Notes: generated from the letters alone by a model not told the origin. 64,000 nt of DNA from Eremomyces bilateralis CBS 781.70 (GCA_010015585.1 ML975150.1); one strand, 5' to 3'. Counted from the first letter of the stretch, positions 23,565 through 37,825 are shown. Made by a program: numbers and translations.

Positions 23565-25143
23565 ATGTCACCACTGGTGAGCTTCACTGCATAACTGTTG
23601 ACAGGTTGTAGCTTCAAGAATTCCGGATTTCTTGCTAATAGGTACTCCCTCATAATCCCTCACTGTCTATCTCCCTAGTTTCGAGCAAACCTAACATCAT
23701 CTCCAGTCAAAACAGGTTCCAAAGCTCCTCCGCCTTGCTCACTTGAGCTCCCTCTCCTCTACCATGGTGCGTACCAATCCATATAGGTGCCTCTTGTGAA
23801 AGCATCAGCAACTAATCCATGATTATAGTCCTCACAGGCCTTGCAAGAGGCAATTGTGAGCCTCGACCCAGCCGTATTCCGTGCTGCCTTGATCCAAGCC
23901 TCCGAGAACACCCACTCCATCTCCACCCTCCATCTGGCGTACCTCCGCATCTGCCTCGAGACCGGCGCATACGAGGATGCAGTTCCGGTCTTGGAGACGG
24001 GGTTCTACGAGTTCTCCAGCGATTCCCGAGCTACAGTGCAGGATCTGGTGCACAAAGAGACGGGCGTCAACCTGAAGGCCCCGAAGGACTCGTCTGACCA
24101 ACGACACGGCAAGGAGAAGCTGACGGTGCAGCATGTGCAGGAGTTCTTGATGCTGGGGGCGATCGTTTACATTACGTTGAGGAAATTCACCGAGGCACAG
24201 CTGTTCCTGGAGCATATCTTGACGACCCCGTCATCGAACGCGGCGAATGGGCTCATGGTGGAGGCGTACCGGAAGTGGGTGCTCGTGAGCTGTCTACTGA
24301 ATGGATCGGTATGTACATGCCGCTTGGAGTCGATGAACAGCGTGGTTGATTGCAGGGTCTAGGTTCCCAAACCACCGCGAACAGCTAACAGCACCGCTAT
24401 GCGAACGGTCCAAGGCGCGTCTCGAGCGTACGAGGGACTGGCGGAGGTTTTCCGAAGCGGCAACAAGGTACGATTTCTAGCGGAGATGGACGTGGGAATC
24501 AACATATGGACATCGGTAAGCCGCGCCCCCTCGACTCCCACTGTCTGTTCATGGGTTGACGTTCTTGGGATTTGCACAGCACGGCAACCTCGGTCTAGTA
24601 GAAGAACTCCTTGACCAGTTCCCCCTGTTCGCCATCCGCACCCTCCAAAAGATCTACAGCGCCCTCCCCCTCGATACCGTCGCCACGCACCTGTCCTGGA
24701 CCGTCCCCGAGACCCGCACCTACCTCCAGACCCTCATCGCCACCGGCCAGCTTAATGCGGCCGTCGAGCAGCGCCCGCCCCCCCCTCACCACGCCTCCAC
24801 CTCCGCACCCCCCCGACTCCTAATCCTCCGCTTCTTCACCGACCCCCGCTCCGGCCCGCTCGCGACGACGGAGGCCGAGCAGCAAGCGGTGCTAATGGCG
24901 CAGGCGGGACGGGTGACGGAGCTGGCGCAGGATGTCCGCGTAGCGGACCAGCGGCTCGCGACCAGCCGGGACTACCTGGTGCATCTGCGGAGCGCGAACC
25001 TGAAGAGTCAGAAGGATCAGGGGGAGCGGGCGGGGATGATGGCGGCGGTGATGGAGGAGTTTGATCAGGGGCCGGTTCCGTCGGAGATGTTGGCGGCGGA
25101 GGACGGGTTAGATGATGAGGATATGATGGGGGATTTGCCTTGA
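23565..25143 (+). CDS. COP9 signalosome subunit 3-like PCI protein
   Basis: Motifs STLHLAYLRICL, MVEAYRKWVLVSCLLNG, HGNLGLV..IRTLQKIYSAL, LIATGQLNA. Several introns. The 5' exons and start codon are uncertain. Confidence 0.72.
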
Positions 25144-27990
25144 TTGATAGGACTGTCGATTGTTTCTCTACTATCCCCGCCAATGGTTGGAACAAACGTT
25201 GCGGTGGAGGCATTGGTGCAGGATGGACTTCCTTATTCCTGGCATCACGATGTTCCCTAGAAGCATTGGGTGGAGCAACGGTTTACGATGTGTGATGATG
25301 ATGACATAATACCGTACTGGTAACAAGAACCAAGCAGTCTTGATACGAATGGAAGGTTCAGGAATGAATTGGGGATGCTGCTTCCTCTGGTTAGGCGGTA
25401 AAGCCTGTGAAGGAACCGTCACTTCTGTGCTGGTGCATGTGTCCTCAACTCAACTAGCTAGAACCACATGAATTAATAATAATTCCATATAGTTATGTGG
25501 AAACTGGGAAACAAGAATCAAAACTCTGAATGTCTGGTACGTCTGTACAACTGAATGGAGAGACAATTGCCTTTTCTCCTCTCACTTCCGACCAATCAGC
25601 ACTGCTTGGACAGGGGAATATTCATCAACCATAAGCACTGGGAGCATAAGAAAATGCATTTCCTTCAGAGTTAAGACTGCTGCAACCTGCTGCATCTGCA
25701 TGCATTGGGCTTGGGGCTCGCCTTAGCTGCTTCTCGCCTGCAGCCGGCCAGCAACGGTGGTGATCCGTCCCTGATTTGTGGTGATGCAAAAACGGTCGGT
25801 CTGACGGATGAAGGATGGAGGATGGACCTGGAGGTTGCGTTTCAGGGGGAAACAGTTCTGTAAGGCACCGTACATAGTAGTTCACTGAAACTACTACATA
25901 CGACGGTTGACGATTGACGAGCCAGTCTTACTAACACTGTGAAGTGTGAACCTGGGATCAGGATCAGGATTCAGGATCCGAATTCAGGATCCATCATCTT
26001 CATCTGTTTCAGCCTCGGTGCCTCATGTACACTCTCACTCTTGTGTCTCTACATGATACCAGTCCTCCATCCCACAGGCAATTCTTAATCCGATATGAAT
26101 ATATGATGGATCCACCATCGGAATTCAGAGGATCAACGTTCCGACATGTGCTCATTGATCTGCATTCCCCTTGGGTTTCACATAACACGATTTGTGCATC
26201 GAGAATCGGCATGACTCTATTCCGTGGCACGACGTTGATTTCTTGCAGCATCGCGTCTTAGCAGCACGTGTCTGTGCGATTGTCAAATGTCAACAAACTC
26301 CAGTCTCCATGGGACCATTAGCCCCGAAACTTCCCTGGCTCCTCTGTAAGACTGTAACTCTGTTGATAAATTCCGCCTCCGCTCCAAAGGGCAAAGTCCA
26401 AATTCCCACATTCTCGCACTGTGAAGCGTGAAGCCAGTGCCACTCATGGATTTGCCCATCCTCGGCGCCGTTGTGGGGATCGCTGGGGATTGGGGAAGTC
26501 CCTCAACCCTTATATATTCATGGCTCGTGCAGGGTGGTTTACGTAGTGGCGGTAGTAATTAGTGAATTTGATTTGGGCGGTTCGGCCTGTGCCGCGTTTC
26601 TGTCCCATGGTGACATGGTCCGCGTTGGCGCCAGAGCCCCCAAAGGACCCTTTGGATTTTGGAACCTTGCGGAACGGAGGACGAAGGGGGAAAGATCGGA
26701 CGATGGTCCTGTCGCTGCTGCAGGGGCCAGGGATGAATTCCGATTCAGGGGTTTTACCGTTTAAGCGTTCAAGGGTTGAGATTCTAAACGAAGCCCCGAG
26801 CCGCGCTCGATAACTACCTTAGGTGACATTCACGAATTCTCCATGGCGAAAGGGTATATCCAGAATTCCAGGTTGAATGAGTGCGACGCTGTATTCTCGA
26901 TTTCATCCGTTGGATTACCTCGCCTTGAGTGAGGGATCTTCCTGACTGAGCGGGATGCAAGGAGAAGCAAGAAGAAAAAGTCAGGGAGTGAGGAGAGGCG
27001 AGGAGTCCAGGGTGATTCATGTTGCTTTTGGGTCCATTGAAGTAATGAAGTCAAAACAGATAACGCTGCAGCGAAAAGCAAGATAGCATTTAGCAATCCT
27101 TCCGTCGACCGGCATCACACGCCCGGATTGGGACTTTTGAAGTATGGCGGACTCTCAATGGTGAATGGATGAATGGACTGTATATCAGTATTGAATAGGG
27201 AGTTGTTCTTTCGATGGCGGATGTGCAAGCCGGAAGGCGACAGCCTTCGGGTGACTGGACTCTGGAGTGTGATGGAGATGGCGAATGGGCGAATTGCCTT
27301 TCGGAAACAATTGGTGATCTTTCCCAATGGGGCGGGTGACGGGAGGGCTGGGCACTTGGGCAGTCAGAATAGGGGCCCATGCAGCCGGCGGGTAGTGGCC
27401 ATTGGGCTTCTCAGGCGCCAGACGGAATCACCAGTCACCTCAATTCACCTGCTTGAACTTTGAAGGCGATTGATCAGTGAGACTGGAGACAGATTGATCA
27501 ATGACCCCCATAAATCAGAATTCGAAAGCGACGATCGTGCATATTATTGCTTGATTAATTCTTGCATCGGCACACCATCCGGCAGTAACACCCTATACGG
27601 TATACCACATAATACTGAAGTACATGTACCTGGCTATCTCGTGGCTATCAGTCTATCTCGTCGCTCATGGTTATCGGTGACTGTCATTACCGCTTACCGC
27701 TTCCCGCCACCCATCGTCAAATTCGTCATGCAATATCGAGTCGTTCCGAAGGTACAGTGCAGTATCATCAATTATGATTGAATGATTCTATCCGGCTAGG
27801 GCACGTCCACACTCCACCCATTTCGGTAGCATTGATGCTGAAGAACTCAAAGAAGGTATTATGAATTATGAACTAAGCAACGCTGACTGTCGCTAAGTAC
27901 TGATTGAGCCAGAAAATGGATCGTGGCCCGTTCCCAGTTTCTCCGCAAAATTCCCGCCATTCGCCTGGTCGCTGCGAAGTGCTGAACTGC

Positions 27991-28039
27991 GAGGTCCCTG
28001 AGGTCCCTGAGGTCCCTGAGGTCCCTGAGTGAGGTCCCT
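27991..28039. repeat. 9-bp tandem repeat (GAGGTCCCT)x4 plus one spaced copy
   Basis: Read directly from the sequence. Confidence 0.9.
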
Positions 28040-28486
28040 CTCGTTTTAGTTGGGAATCTTAACATCAACAACCACATCCCATCTATCCATCTCGCTCTAT
28101 CTGTCCATCCTCCTTGTCCTCCTCCGTCCCCGTCGATCCTAATCGAGAGGAACACCAAAACGGCGCCAGAAACCCCCTGTGTTTCCAAGGAGGGGCTGCA
28201 CTGTTGGACTGGCTGTGCTCCCTCATTCGCTGTCCGCTCTTGGTGGTGCAGGCTGCTGCGAGGCCCGCTGCGAGGCCGACGAGGTTGTGAGATCGTGCTG
28301 CGGGTGCTGCGTCCCAATTGGAGAGACGCAGAGAAGCTTCTGTTGCGGACTTTTGGTGCTGCATGAGACTCCAATCGCTTCTGAAACTCACATTGGACAC
28401 TGGTCCGTCGCTCGAAATCTTCCCCCTCCCTACCATCCCATCCCATCCTGCTCGACTCCTCTTTCGTCGAAAGGGGAGTCGACATT

Positions 28487-31400
28487 ATGTTCGCGCTTTC
28501 GACCAAGTCGCTTCTTCCACATCATCACCACCGCCAATACTCTCGCGACCGCTCCAATTCGAACGCTACCCCCTCCGACAGCAATATCGTCCCTCCAACC
28601 GCGATAACCGCTCCTCCTCCTCCTCCTCCTCCTCCCATAGCACCACCACCGGCACCACCATCTAGCCATTCCCGCCGTTTCTCCACCCGCTCCAACTCCG
28701 TCTCGTCCTCTATCGTCACCATCCGGCGCTCGACCTCCCTCACCTCCAAATCCGCGAGCAATCTTCCCGCAACCGATCCCTCGTCTCCAGACCTGCAGCG
28801 GGCCGGCCCAGCTAAGCTCCAGAAGCGCTTTCCGGGCAGCGGCAGCAATCGAAGTTCGCGACGACACTCGAGTATCGCCCATCTCGAAGGGGTCGGGAGC
28901 TCGTTGAATCGCTACTCACATTCCACGTCGTCGAGCAAATCGTCGGCCAAAGAGTTTCTAACGAGCACCGGAACCGCCCGTCAAGTCACCGCGACGCACC
29001 TTCATGGACCGTCGGCTCGACTGCCTCCCACTCCCAATCCCACCGCAACATCTCCTCCAAGGAAAGGGGACCGAAGTCGATCACCGGTTTCCTCTCCGCA
29101 GCAACGACGCAACAATTTAGCCTCGATCCTTCCTCCTCTTCCGATTCAAACCACCGATTCGTTGCCAATTCTGACCAGCGCCGTGTATAACCCCAACGAG
29201 ACCTCGTCTTCCTTAACGACTCCCACCAATGCTCGACCTCCGTCTCGACCCAGTGCAGCGAGCACCTTTATAAACGCCCAATTTGACCACGGACCACCAC
29301 AAACCGCGCCTCCGAACCGACCACCCCCCAATCCGACCCGGCGCCCTGCATCACCAACAAACCGATCACTCCACCCCACAAATCACCGTGCCGTACCTCC
29401 ACCACAGCCATCGCCGACCGTCCCCCCTCAATTCTCGCAAACGCCTCAGTATCGGTCCGACCGGCGACCCTCCGATCCCCACCCAGGCCCCACGGTTCCG
29501 CGACAAACGAGCGCCGCCTTGGCGGAGCGGTACGGGAAACCCACCGGGACGCGCATAGGAGCCACGGGAGCAGGCGGACGAAGTGCCTCGCCCGTCGACC
29601 ATCGGGACCAGGAACGCCGCGAGCGGGATAAGAAGACCATGCTCTCCCGCGCGCTGCAGAAGGCGAACACCGCCGTGGTGCTGGACAATGCGCAGAACTT
29701 CGAGGGCGCCGTGGAGGCGTACGAGGATGCGTGCAAGCTGCTGCGGCAAGTGATGCAGAAGACCTCGGGTGACGAGGATCGGAAGAAGTTGGATGCAATT
29801 GTAAGGCTAATTCAATCTGGACCGCATTAGGTCTCCGTCGTATGTATGATGTTTGGCTAATTGACTCTTACAGCGTGTCACCTATACCACCCGTATCCGC
29901 GAGTTGAAAAGCGATTCCTCATTGCAGCCCACCGGAGGCAAGTCCTTGCCAGCACGACCAATGAGCGATGAATCATTAACCGGGGATTCTCAAACCATCA
30001 TGGCGGAAATCCTCGATGCCGACGATCAAGAGGAGGAAGAGCAAGCAGTGATAGCAACAGCCACGATGACCCGGATCGTGAACGACCCATCAACGGAAAC
30101 CCCCAACCCACGAGGACCACCGCCCTCGGTCAGAGCACCGCCACCCCCAGTAATACCCCCACGACGTGAATCCGCTGTGACGGCAGCGATGCGAGAGGTA
30201 GCAAGTGCAATGCCGACATCAAGGAATGAGGAGTACTTTCTACGGCCTGGAGGCCCTACCGCCACTCCACTGCAACGGGATCGCATTGTGAAAACCACCC
30301 TTGGCGTCGAATTGCCCATGGATCGAGACTACATGCCCCCTCCACTCTCACCGCGAAGGCCTATGACGCCGAAAGAAGAAGCCGGAGACGAGATACCTAA
30401 CCTGCAACGGGCTCCGCAACAAACTGGCGGTCCTCGACTCCACGACCGTGGGAATAGCGAAGAGTCCATATCGTGGCTCGACACCGTCGACGAGTCCCCA
30501 AGCTCATCGTGCGCATCCTCGGTCCACTCAATGTCCCAAAATGGCATCAAGCGGAAGCACCTCCGCAACGGGAGCGGCGGGACGGAAGCCGAGTTCGACG
30601 CCGCGCTCGACGCAGCGGTGGAGGCGGCCTACGACGAAGGGTTCGAGCCGTACCCAGAACCCCCACCGGCCAGCGACTCCTACACCGACGCCGTTGCCAC
30701 GGTGCGCCGCAACATCGAACTTGCGAAGGAAAAGATCCGCGAAGTTGAACGCGAGGAGGCGATTAGCGAGGCCCACCGTCGGGAACGGCAACGCCAGATG
30801 AACAAGCCGCCGCTGCCGCACGTACGGGACAGCGTGGATGAATACCATGGCGACGACGCGGACGAGGAGGAGCGGATCTTGGACGAGATGACGAAGGAGT
30901 ACATGCTCGACGGATTCGATTTCGGACTGCAGTCGAAGTCGGCGTTGCCCCGTCAGTCGGATTCCAGCGAGTATTCGGGCAAGACGTGGCACAGCTCCGT
31001 GTCGTCGAAACGGACGACCGGCGGGATGTCGTTGTCCACCGTGTCGGAGTCAACCATCACGGATCTACCGGAGGGAAGATCATCGCATCATGGACCGAGA
31101 GGACCGGGAGTCGCGCAACGGAATGCGCTCTCATCCGTCTCCGAATCCAATTCGTACCTAACGGAGGCATCGGACTCGGCGGACCCTACGAAACCAGAGT
31201 CGTCCTCGGCGAACAATCAAGACACGAGCATCAAGGACCGAAGAAAGTCGGCACAAAACACCAAAGGATTGACGATCGAAACTTCAGTAACAAAAGTGGT
31301 GCTTGCCGGCGCTCCGGAAGGCTCATCTGATGTTGGTGCTCCTGGAATAACCAAACCAGAGCCTTCTCCGTATGGACCACGCACATCGTCAAGACAGCCA

Positions 31401-32789
31401 CCATCAGCGACCTTTCCGAGACAGCCGCCGTTCACCGCACCCGCCGCCACGACTCTCCATATTCCCTCTCCGAGCCTAGGCATCAGCCCGTCCGACAGCA
31501 ATGCGGTGACGATATCCCCCGCAACTCCGCTCCTCGCGCAGATCTCCACCAGCGAAAGCGCCCCTGTGCCTCCGTCGCCATCCACCAAATTTCCCGGGAA
31601 GCTTCCAGGGGGGTTGCGGAAAAATAAGTCGTCGATTAGCCTGAAGAACCGAGCGTATTCCATCTCCAGCCCTGACGAGGGCTCCGACGGATCCGTGAAT
31701 ACGCCGATAAGTGCCACATTCTCCGGGTTCCCTCCCCATGTGAGAAAGGCCACCCTCGATGCACCAGGTACTGTGCCTGCGATGCCTCCATTTCCCATGG
31801 ACGCCGCGGGTACGGCCGGTATGCATCTCTTCGAAAGCGATATCCACTCTCCTTACAGTCCGGGAACGCCGAATCCTCTGGCCTTAAATGCGCCCATCCC
31901 CCTGGAACCATGCCCCGACTCGTATCTTCTCCGACCCTTCTGGCTCATGCGCTGCTTCTACCAAACGATCGCCCACCCTCGCGGCGGATACCTTTCCACC
32001 AAGCTGTTCGTCCCACGGGATGTCTGGCGCGTCAAAGGCGTCAAGGTCAAATCCATGGAAGAAAAAATCGCCAACTGCGATCTCCTAACCGCCGCGCTTC
32101 TCAAGCTCGGCGCCGTCGACACCTTCGACTCGGAAGCCGTCCTCGACGAGATGCAATCCTTCGAGTTCGTCCTCGACCAGGTGCAAACCAACCTGGTCAA
32201 GAAGCTCGGATCCGACGTCGGCATGTCCGGTGTCACCTCCCTCTGGAAAGACGTCCCCATCCTCGACGACAACTCCATCCCCCCCGTCCCCGGCCTCCCG
32301 CTCGGCAAGTCCGCCTCCGGAACCCAATCCAAAGGCTACCTCACCAGCTGGCGCAAGCTCCGCTCCAAGAACACTAGCACCGGCCTCGGCGCCTCCGGCT
32401 CCATCTCCGGCACTGGCTCCATCTCCCTCACAGCCCAGCGCGACCCGCCGCGCGACGGCCTCGTCATGCCCACCCTCCCGATGACCTCGCTGGTGAACCC
32501 GCGGTTCGCGAAGCGCGACGTCGCCGCCGTCGACTTCAGCGGGCCGAACGCGAATTATACCAGCGCGCTGGCCCGGCTGTTCGACGCCGTGCAGGTCGTC
32601 GACCAGGTGGCGCGCCAGGTGGAGGATCCTGGGCTGCGGCACTCGAACCCCACGTACGTCGGGCTGGAGCTGTGCGCGCGGCATGCGGCGGAGTTTTTCG
32701 GGTTCTACGTCTGTCGGTTCGTGTTGGCGGATATGTCGATCCTCTTGGACAAGTTCGTGAAGCGGGGGTCGGAGTGGGTGCTGGTGTAA
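28487..32789 (+). CDS. MIT-domain-containing fungal protein
   Basis: MIT-like helices KTMLSRALQKANTAVVLDNAQNFEGAVEAYEDAC..EDRKKLDAI|RVTYTTRI across intron 29801-29873. Conserved-looking C-terminus LRPFWLMRC...HPRGGYLSTKLFVP...LLDKFVKRGSEWVLV. Confidence 0.85.
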
Positions 32790-33254
32790 GTACCTCATTG
32801 CCATGGGTTCTGCGATGCGGTTCGAGTGCTGGGAAAATGTTTGATGTATTACTATTGTGATGATGTATTTGAGCAAGGCCATGGTGTGGATATCGTGGTT
32901 CGGACTTGGATGTGCGGGGACAGAAGACGTTTGCAGCAATGCAGCGAGCATGGGGTGGCGTTGTTCCATTACCTCCGCACGATCGTCAATTGATAGATTG
33001 TAGATATCATCTGAGCGCATACTGTTAGCCATCTACGAGGCCATTCATGGTTTCCAATCATGGTTTCCAATCTAAGTCTAATGAGTCATTGAGCAGCAAG
33101 GGAGCAACGGCGCATGTCATGGTGATTTAAAATACCCTCCTTCGGGTCCTTGGACGAACGCCTATCATGGTTCTAAATCCCTAACTAATGTATTATACAC
33201 GTACAATCGCTGGAATTTCTCATCCAATGCCACCATCGTAAGTCTCTTCAGTTT

Positions 33255-36200
33255 CTATAACTCGTCCTTTGTAGATGCTCCTTTTGACGTCGATGCCCCG
33301 GCAGCACTTTCCTTCCCCTCTGCTACAACACCTTCCCCCATGCGCCTCGCCAGGGCCGCGATTTCCTCATCGTACTCGGTCCACTCGGGCACCTGCCTCC
33401 TTGCCCGATCCAACTTCGGCTCCTTCGTCAACGGATTATTACACAGATCGATCGTCTTCGCCGTCGCCAAGCTCTCGTCGCTGCACCACGTCTCGCACCA
33501 CAGCCACTCCTGCGGCAAGCTGTGGATCGGCAGCCCTATCTGCATGTTGTTCGGAAGGTCCTGGTCCAGGTTGCTCAGGCTGTTCGGGTCGGCGGACAGC
33601 TGCTGGTACTGCTGGCGCATACGGTCGCCTGCGGCCAGCTGGCGGAACCGCTGCAGGTCGACGACGTACAGCGCAGAGATGTGGTAGGGGCGGCCGCGCA
33701 GGAAGTTCTTCCAGTAGCCCTGCTTCCAGAAGCGGAAGCCTTCCATCTCAGTGCGGGAGTCGCACATGGGTGTGAAACCGTAGGGGGCGCCGTGCAGGTC
33801 GTGGGCGACCAGGTCGTGCATGTCGGTGCGGACGATCTGGTCAGCGTCGACGAAGATGACCTTGTCGAGGTCCAGGGGGAAGAGGACGTCGAGGAAGAGG
33901 ATCTTGTAGCCCCAGATCTCGCGTTGCTTCTCTTTCTGTGCGCGCAGCCAGTGCGGCCATTTGTATGTGACCATTTCGTACCGGAAGCCGTATTGGGCGG
34001 CCATGGTCGGGAGGAAGGACTTGAACGACGGGGACAGGAATTGCTCGATGAACCAGAATTTGACCGTATGTTCGGTGTGTCGCATCACGCTGACCATCAT
34101 GATGTTGAGCATGCGCTCGTAGAGGTGGCCACTGGCGACGGAGAAGATGTTGATATCTGCGTGCGTCGCGGCATGGGAGAGATCAGTCTTGATGCCGGTT
34201 TTGCGTGCCAGTGATGAAATCATGCCCATGCCTTGTGAGACGAATTTCCCAGTATTGGCGTTCTTGATTCCAACTTTCTCTAGCACTTGATCCGCTGCAC
34301 CCGAAAGGTTAGAGAGCGTTTCTTCCACGGCAGACGAAGCTTGTTCGAGCACGTCTTCCGTATCCATATCGGGCTGGCGAGACAGCCTCGGGAATAGCGT
34401 CAGCCCGGCGAAACTCATCAAAGTCACTTCGGTCGTTTCGTCTCCTGGATGAGATGAGTATCCCATTGCGCCGACACTGTCGATTTTGAAAATTTCAGCG
34501 CTTCGTCCTTTTTTCAATCCAATGCTGTATCGTCCAGGATTTGCTTTGAACTGGAAGTAGCCTAAGTTGGCCATGATGATGGTGTCTGCCACTTGAACGC
34601 CGGACTCCGTGGCCAATATAAGCTGTGCGCCTCGAGGTGGCGCCCCATTGCTCACTTCGCGCGAATGTCCCTCAACAAGAATGTGTTCAAGCGCATAGAT
34701 AGCCTCGACCGGCTCGTCGACGTTCCCTTTCTCAAGCTTGATATTGTCTAAATCGTGGACCGACAGCTTGGGCGCAACATGCCACGGTGCCGGGACATCC
34801 AAACCCATTGTCAGCAGCGTGTCTGCCGGAATGCGCAAAAACCGTGCTCGTGGTTCCTGAAGTTGGCCCTCGTCATTAAATTGGGGTTTGGCGTTCAAAA
34901 TGTAGCGATAGAACCGCTTGACAGGAAGTTCATCGATAGCTTCCCGAGGATTCAAGAAGATCTTTACCGATACTCCGCTCAATTCCGATAGAGTCTTCAG
35001 TATCGGAACCCATTTCTGGGCGGCTTCAGTTGCAGGATCGAGCGTCGCAATAAATTCGATCGAGGCAGAATTGACCGAACCGACATGAATCGCAGTATGG
35101 GTAGAGTTCCAATCGCTATACACATTCGTTCTCACCGTCGGGAGAGACTCGAATATACCTTCGGGGACATCGGACTGCGCTGATCGGGCAATTGTAACTG
35201 ATAGCTTAGAGAAACTCTGCACGTCCCGAGTTTTCGAAAGGATTCCGAGGGACTCGATGGCTTTGAACGCAGGACCCATGCGTTTCCTCTGCTCATATTT
35301 CAAGAGACCTTCAAAGTCCTCTTTTGTGAATGAGTCGCCGTCGCCAATGGGTCCGACCAATCGTCCATTGAATATTATAGCGCCGACACTCGGTTGTAAA
35401 CCGAACCGCTTCAACAAGCCACTTGTTGTAGCCCAAAACTCGCGAGCAAGGAATGTATTAGCCTCAACTGGCGGCCCTTCCGAGTCGTCAATCCTGATAG
35501 CAGCCTTGAGCATGTCCCAAGAGAGGGCTTCTTGATCTTGGCCATGGCTCCCGAGGATACGCGGAACATTCATCATCTTCGTTCCATCGCCCGTGTAAAG
35601 GAACACAACGTCCATCCCAGGTTGTTCTTTGAAGAATTTCGCGGCTTCCAAAAGCAGAGTCTTCCCCCTTTCAGAATCAAAATCGCCTGCGATCACGACT
35701 TCCGCACTAGCGTTCGTAAGAGTTGGAGCAGTGGATGAAATGCGTGGAAGACGAGTCTCGGCCATCCTTGCACCGATATCGAGCATATCAATGATCTTGA
35801 TGCTCTTCTCGTCCTCAGGAACAACCAGAGGGTTCCTATGCGCCGACGCTTCTGACAAGAATATATCGGGTAACCAAGAGTCGTCGTCGTATTTGTGGTC
35901 GAATACTCCTCGTTGCACTTTTCGGAGATCCGACGAGACGCGGGTGCTCATTGTAGACAGCCAATCTTCATCGCGGACACAACTTACGCCATTCACTAGT
36001 CCTGGAGCAGGAGTGCCAGAAAGTCTAAGTCGAGATATGTAGTGCTCAGTCTCTTCGAGGATGGCGGTCAATGCGTCCGATTGCAAAATTTCTTCAAAGT
36101 TTAACTTCTCCTGATCATTCTTTAGTTCCGCGTCTTCGGTCACCTCGATGAATGCTTTCAGTCCTGCATCCTTCACGGATGTAGCCTCCAGCAGATTCTC

Positions 36201-37825
36201 CAGGTAAGTCATCGCCACGTGTAGGCCATAAGTCTCAACTAGATGGTGGGTGACTCGTGCACGAAGTTTCGACTCTTCCGAAGACACTGTGGGAACGATG
36301 CCGAATTCGACCGGGATTCGTCGCTGGACAAGGCTTTGCAGTGATTCGACGACCATCCTGAGGTCGTTCAAGTTGCTCAGATCGGCAGGGAAGACACCCT
36401 TATGGAATTCCCGTCGAACACCGGGCAATTGCCCTGGATAGGTTCTCTGTAAAAGCGCCGTGACGCTCGAGGGTAGACCGTCGTATCTCTCGTCTTTCTC
36501 GATGTTATTCAACCAGATAATGACATTCCCTCCCTCGATTTCATCACGGTAGTCGTAGCGTTGAGGGTCCTCATCGGCCTGGGCATCAGCAACGGCTGGA
36601 TGTGCAAGGACATTGATCGCCTCGGTAGAGTTAAGTCCCAAGGATTTGATGCTATCGATGAGTCTTCGCTCCCTCCGGAGGTGCTCAAGGAGAGAAAAGG
36701 CATCCAGCTTGCGCGAATCCATTTGCATGCCGTTCATCCATAGAACGTTGTAGCCGGCAGGTACGATCTCGCGATTTGCACGATGCTCGTTTAAGAAGTC
36801 CTCCGATACTTCTTGTTCCGCAATCGACGACGAGTACTTTGGGAAGTCCTGGGTCAGCTTGAGGAGGCCCTCCAATGGATCAGGACTCTTCATGACCAGA
36901 GAAGCCGCCTTCATTCCGAGGCTCTTCAGCTCGGTGTTTGACAACGGTTTGATCTCATCAACTTCTACATCTACAAGGGCATTTTGGGAGTCGGTGCTCC
37001 TTTCTTCGGCAGCGCTATCGTCAACTTTCTTGTCCCTATCATCGATCACGATGTAATCGGTTCGCTTGAGTGCCAGTTCCACGCCGTAGCTCTGAATCCC
37101 AAGCTCTTGACCGGAAACCTCCGTTGGTGAAGCATAACGCACCGAAAATGCGCCATTTTGACCCCTCAACTTCTTATACAGGCCCCGGAAAGCCTTTGAT
37201 GTTATATCAGCATACAAAACAGCGGACGGCGGTGAATTGCTATGGTCGATGGTTCGGTCGAAGGGCAGCTCGACCACGACCGATGTTGACGCCTCAAGAG
37301 TATTGGCCTGGATATCAACTGCACATATAGCCCTGCCCGCAATATCAAGCCACGAAGAACAGCCCTCCCCTTCTACAGAACGCGCAGGTCGCACGGAGGT
37401 GTTGTAATACTGGAGATGGGCTTCGATTCGAGGGGCAGCTGAATGTATGGAGAAAGCGAATTGAAATGAGTCGAGCGCTTCTTGATTGGGGAGGATGCCA
37501 TCGTTTTGTAATAGTTCGAGGAACGCGTCGTATATACTTCGATCCGTTGTATATTCGTCAAAGTAGCCATCCGCTATTCGGTCAAGCAAAGGGGTATACG
37601 CGAACTCGCTTTCTTCTGTGGCGGTTTCTCTGCGAGTTTGTCAGCTTACAGGCGAAGCCATACCGGAGGAGAAACTCACAGAAGTTCTAATAACAAAGGC
37701 GGAGCAGTGAAAGAAGCTCGTAGCGCAACTTCAATTGGCGCTGTTGCTCCAGCGAAAGGAGCTGGGAGCAAGCTGCTCGAGAGGGCGAGAAGCCCAACTC
37801 GAGATAGCCACGACGTACCCCTCAT
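33255..37825 (-). CDS. UDP-glucose:glycoprotein glucosyltransferase (UGGT, GT24)
   Basis: Signal-peptide exon MRGTSWLSRVGLLAL..APPLLLEL, a short intron, then about 1450 aa with YGVELALKRTDY, INIFSVASGHLYER, IFVDADQ, NLDQDLPN, WLWCETWC and a C-terminal KDEL. Confidence 0.96.

Noticed and set aside
27991..28039. CRISPR-like array
   Set aside because: A simple 9-bp tandem repeat without spacers, in a eukaryotic context with no cas genes.
33046..33071. 13-bp direct duplication CATGGTTTCCAAT between convergent genes
   Set aside because: Most likely replication slippage; no element associated with it.
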